Positions 8,383-10,664 of a DNA stretch of 10,664 bases are shown here, in pieces (the first letter of the stretch is position 1; each line of letters begins with the position of its first letter). The stretch comes from Candidatus Dadabacteria bacterium (GTDB lineage Bacteria > Desulfobacterota_D > UBA1144 > Nemesobacterales > CSP1-2): NCBI GenBank assembly GCA_040289575.1, contig PSLL01000016.1:1-10664 (forward strand), written 5' to 3'. The notes beneath the pieces are model-generated. The model was not told the DNA's origin, ran no database searches, and saw only the letters and a program-made list of their open reading frames with translations. The position numbers and the translations under genes are program-made.

Positions 8383-8568
8383 ATGAAAATTCGATATTTT
8401 TCAGATACAGCGCTAATTGAATTCTCCGATGCGCCAGCAGTTGAAACAAAAGAAATAACGGAAAACCTTTTCGTTGACTTAGATGAAAATCGCAACCTTA
8501 ATAATCACGACTATTTGAGCATGCAAATCAGAATATCGTTTCTACAGATGGAAAAAGAGCTTACCTAA
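8383..8568 (+). pseudogene. DUF2283-family protein (putative antitoxin), degenerate
   Basis: MKIRYFSDTALIEFSDAPAVETKEITENLFVDLDENRNL fits the DUF2283 pattern as I recall it (MKIxY..DtD.l.I.f....v.et.ei...i.vDlD..Gnl). The expected (M)TIEHA motif is split over the +1 and +2 frames at 8507-8525. Confidence 0.7.
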
Positions 8569-8596
8569 CAAATCACTCTAGCCGACAGCGTAACCG
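8563..8596 (+). other. Left half of an attC site (R'', spacer, L''), right arm missing
   Basis: ACCTAAC-AAATC-ACTCTAGC-CGACAGCGTAACCG fits RYYYAAC plus a 5-nt spacer plus an L'' box. No complementary L' arm or GTTRRRY occurs before the MFS stop at 8636. Confidence 0.65.
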
Positions 8597-8605
8597 TCCT
8601 GCATT

Positions 8606-8625
8606 TTTTCTGTGCTCTCTGTGAT
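8606..8625 (+). repeat. Dispersed 20-bp repeat, copy 2 (TTTTCTGTGCTCTCTGTGAT)
   Basis: 18/20 identical to the reverse complement of 1382-1401. CTGTG is repeated internally at a 9-nt period. Confidence 0.55.
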
Positions 8626-8635
8626 AAAATGTTTT

Positions 8636-9826
8636 TCATTTACTATCCCTCCCAAACACACTAAACGTAATAAAGCCAATTAAACAAACCCCGCCTGCTG
8701 TAAGATACATGATATGAAACCCCCAGAACTGGGCAACTAAACCATATATGAAGGAACCCAGCATTCCACCTAGGGTAAAAGCCACACTGCATATTGCAAA
8801 AGCCCTGCCCCTTTCCATAACCGGAGAAAGGTCAATTACAAGTGCATAGATTGATGGATAAACAAGCCCGTGACTCAATCCAAATAGAATACCAGTCTCT
8901 ATAAAATGGGCTACTCTTGATACAAAGTTTATCCCTATTATGCTAAGAGAGAAAAAAAGGAGGGCTGGTGTAGCGGTCCTCTTTTTTCCAAACCTATCGG
9001 GAATCCAGCCCCCGAGAATTCTTATGGCAAGGGCAGAAGCTGTATAGGCTATAAAGAATATGTCAAAAGCCTCGATTTTTATCTCTTTCGCAAATACTGG
9101 AATAAACGTGAGCGTCGGAATAAAACCAGAGCCTGAGATCATAAGCGTAAATGCAGAGACCAACACACCCTCCCGAAAAAGGGTGGTTAAAATCCCCTTC
9201 CCTTCTATATTACTGCTCCCCGCCTTAACAGGCTCTCTTATAAAGAGGGCAACGAAAAAAGAAATAAAACCGAATATAAAAACTGTTAGAAAAAAGGTAT
9301 GAAAGCCATAATTCTCTACAATACGCTTTCCCACAAAAGGAGCAAGAGCATAGTTGACAATCGTAAATACGCCAAAAAGTCCAAGGGCCTGACTCCTTTT
9401 TTGCATAGGTGTAACATCCGCAGTAAGTGTTCCTGCAGATATAAAGCAGAGGGAAAAGGCCGCACCGTGTAAAATCCTCAGTAAGGGGAAAAGAAAATTA
9501 AGTGTGTTGAGATACGCAAACGGAAATGTGCTAAGGGACATAATAAGTCCGCCAAGGGCAAGAAACCATTTTCTTCCTAATCTATCTATTAATATCCCCA
9601 CGGCAGGAGTTGTAAAAATGGTGCTGAATCCGGCGGCGCCCATGATGAATCCTATATCGGATTCGCTCCCACCGAGTTCTTTTATACGAAGAGGCAGGAG
9701 AAGAAACGAATGGAAATTGAAGAAAAAAATAAAACCGGAGAGGGTGACAAGAATAAACTCTCGGTTGAGAATTGATCCCTTCTCTTTTTTGATAACCCCG
9801 TCTAATCCGTTTGTATATTTAGCCAT
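8636..9826 (-). CDS. Major facilitator superfamily transporter
   Basis: 396 aa with about 12 hydrophobic segments, motif A GILIDRLGRK, its repeat GWIPDRFGKK and LRILHG. Substrate unknown. Confidence 0.93.
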   Translation of the reverse strand: MAKYTNGLDGVIKKEKGSILNREFILVTLSGFIFFFNFHSFLLLPLRIKELGGSESDIGFIMGAAGFSTIFTTPAVGILIDRLGRKWFLALGGLIMSLSTFPFAYLNTLNFLFPLLRILHGAAFSLCFISAGTLTADVTPMQKRSQALGLFGVFTIVNYALAPFVGKRIVENYGFHTFFLTVFIFGFISFFVALFIREPVKAGSSNIEGKGILTTLFREGVLVSAFTLMISGSGFIPTLTFIPVFAKEIKIEAFDIFFIAYTASALAIRILGGWIPDRFGKKRTATPALLFFSLSIIGINFVSRVAHFIETGILFGLSHGLVYPSIYALVIDLSPVMERGRAFAICSVAFTLGGMLGSFIYGLVAQFWGFHIMYLTAGGVCLIGFITFSVFGRDSK

Positions 9827-9837
9827 TAGGGTCTATT

Positions 9838-9866
9838 GATATAAACTAGAATGGAACTACGGTCAA
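9838..9866 (-). promoter_or_regulatory. Candidate sigma70 promoter of the MFS gene
   Basis: The minus strand reads TTGACC (9866-9861), 17 nt, TATATC (9843-9838). The -10 lacks the final conserved T. Confidence 0.35.
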
Positions 9867-9867
9867 G

Positions 9868-9895
9868 GTAGAGACGCCATTAATGGCGTCTCTAC
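9868..9895. repeat. Perfect 28-bp palindrome, GTAG-family REP-like element
   Basis: GTAGAGACGCCATT|AATGGCGTCTCTAC is its own reverse complement, with GTAG/CTAC termini. It is intergenic between divergent genes. Confidence 0.85.
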
Positions 9896-9943
9896 TGGGT
9901 TTTCGTGTATCTATTGATTTTGGTATCCGAAAGGAGAACTATC

Positions 9944-10273
9944 ATGCCGATTCTTAAATCTGTCGCTCTTTTTATTATTGCAGGGCTCTGTGAGATTGGA
10001 GGCGGATATCTGGTGTGGCTCTGGCTAAGGGAGTCGAGGGCATTTTCACTGGGTGTTTTGGGCGGTCTAATTCTATTTCTGTACGGAGTTATTCCGACAT
10101 ATCAAACCGCCGATTTTGGAAGGGCTTACGCCGCCTACGGGGGCATTTTCGTAGTTCTATCCATACTCTGGGGATGGCTGATAGATAAAAAGAACCCGGA
10201 TACATTCGATTTGATAGGCAGATTAGTTTGCCTAATGGGCGTTGTAATTATCATGTGGTGGCCAAGAGCATAA
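9944..10273 (+). CDS. ynfA: YnfA/UPF0060-family small membrane protein (SMR-like)
   Basis: 109 aa with [35 protein letters not shown] and [22 protein letters not shown] (9931-9936) favours ATG 9944 over the ORF-track start at 9905. Confidence 0.93.
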   Translation: MPILKSVALFIIAGLCEIGGGYLVWLWLRESRAFSLGVLGGLILFLYGVIPTYQTADFGRAYAAYGGIFVVLSILWGWLIDKKNPDTFDLIGRLVCLMGVVIIMWWPRA

Positions 10274-10664
10274 AAACTACCGAGTACACCATCGCCCCTA
10301 CTATTGGAAAGGCGGAGGATATAGCTACGAGTTTTGAGAACTCCTTTGAGCCCAAAAGAAACGCGATCCCCACTTTTGAGATTGTATTAACACATGTTGC
10401 AATTACTATGCCAAAAGTTGCAACCCTTACTGTTATTTCTCCATGAGCAAGCTGGGCAAGTGAAACCGTTGGGGCATTTATGTTTGCAATTCCACCCAAT
10501 AAAGATGTGGCATAGACACCGATTGCACCGAAGTATTTGTTCCCAAATGAGGTAAGAAATATTATAAAGGCAAAGAGAACTCCAAACTTTAGCGCAGGGC
10601 TAAGTGTAAAAGGACTTCTTAGATTGATCATCTTTACCTCTTTTTCTACCCCGGTCTTTCCCCA
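10251..10664 (-). CDS. MgtC/SapB-family membrane protein, DUF4010 C-terminal region (5' end outside the window)
   Basis: The frame is open to the window edge ([11 protein letters not shown] precedes MINL). [23 protein letters not shown] and [10 protein letters not shown] match the DUF4010 pattern as I recall it. Confidence 0.8.
   Translation of the reverse strand, partial: WGKTGVEKEVKMINLRSPFTLSPALKFGVLFAFIIFLTSFGNKYFGAIGVYATSLLGGIANINAPTVSLAQLAHGEITVRVATFGIVIATCVNTISKVGIAFLLGSKEFSKLVAISSAFPIVGAMVYSVVFMLLATT

Larger units (their letters stand above)
8349..8596 (+). mobile_element. Decayed integron gene cassette with no integrase in the window
   Basis: Begins at G/TTAGGC and holds one small ORF. 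The ORF stop TAA lies in inverse core ACCTAAC (8563-8569), complementary to the upstream core at 6/7 positions, followed by an attC-like left arm. Confidence 0.7.

Noticed and set aside
9060..9839. Plus-strand ORFs 9060-9302 and 9504-9839
   Set aside because: They are antisense shadows of the MFS gene.
9914..9927. TTGAT half-site as an FNR/CRP-type box
   Set aside because: There is no ATCAA half-site at the N4 spacing.
9905..9943. Longer ynfA start given in the ORF track
   Set aside because: The SD at 9931-9936 and typical family length support ATG 9944.
10220..10222. Arg (AGA) in the last YnfA helix where a small residue is usual
   Set aside because: It is a single-base difference in a variable region and could be polymorphism or error.
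10228..10446. Plus-strand 72-aa ORF
   Set aside because: It is antisense to the DUF4010 gene, overlaps ynfA and has no recognisable motif.
1..10664. CRISPR array, tRNA/rRNA, riboswitch, transposase or integrase gene
   Set aside because: I saw no regularly spaced repeats, recognisable structured RNA or recombinase ORF, and all intergenic gaps are under about 140 bp.

Overview
This is a bacterial window of moderate GC, made mostly of housekeeping genes. A minus-strand cluster runs PaaI-type thioesterase, lysS, lolC/E (single, LolF-type), lolD, bamA, skp, fabZ, larB. By gene order I infer a Desulfobacterota/deltaproteobacteria-like diderm. The lipid A genes lpxD and lpxA, which usually flank fabZ in this operon, are both absent, leaving short spacers with repeat remnants. 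The 8.25-8.63 kb gap holds what looks like a decayed, integrase-free integron gene cassette: core site GTTAGGC, a degenerate DUF2283 antitoxin-like gene whose stop codon lies inside the complementary inverse core ACCTAAC, and a truncated attC. The right end has an MFS transporter, a perfect 28-bp GTAG-type REP palindrome, ynfA and the C-terminal part of an MgtC/SapB-DUF4010 membrane protein. No complete novel system can be demonstrated from sequence alone. The best leads are the orphan cassette and the loss of lpxD/lpxA from this operon. All family calls come from recalled motifs, not database searches.
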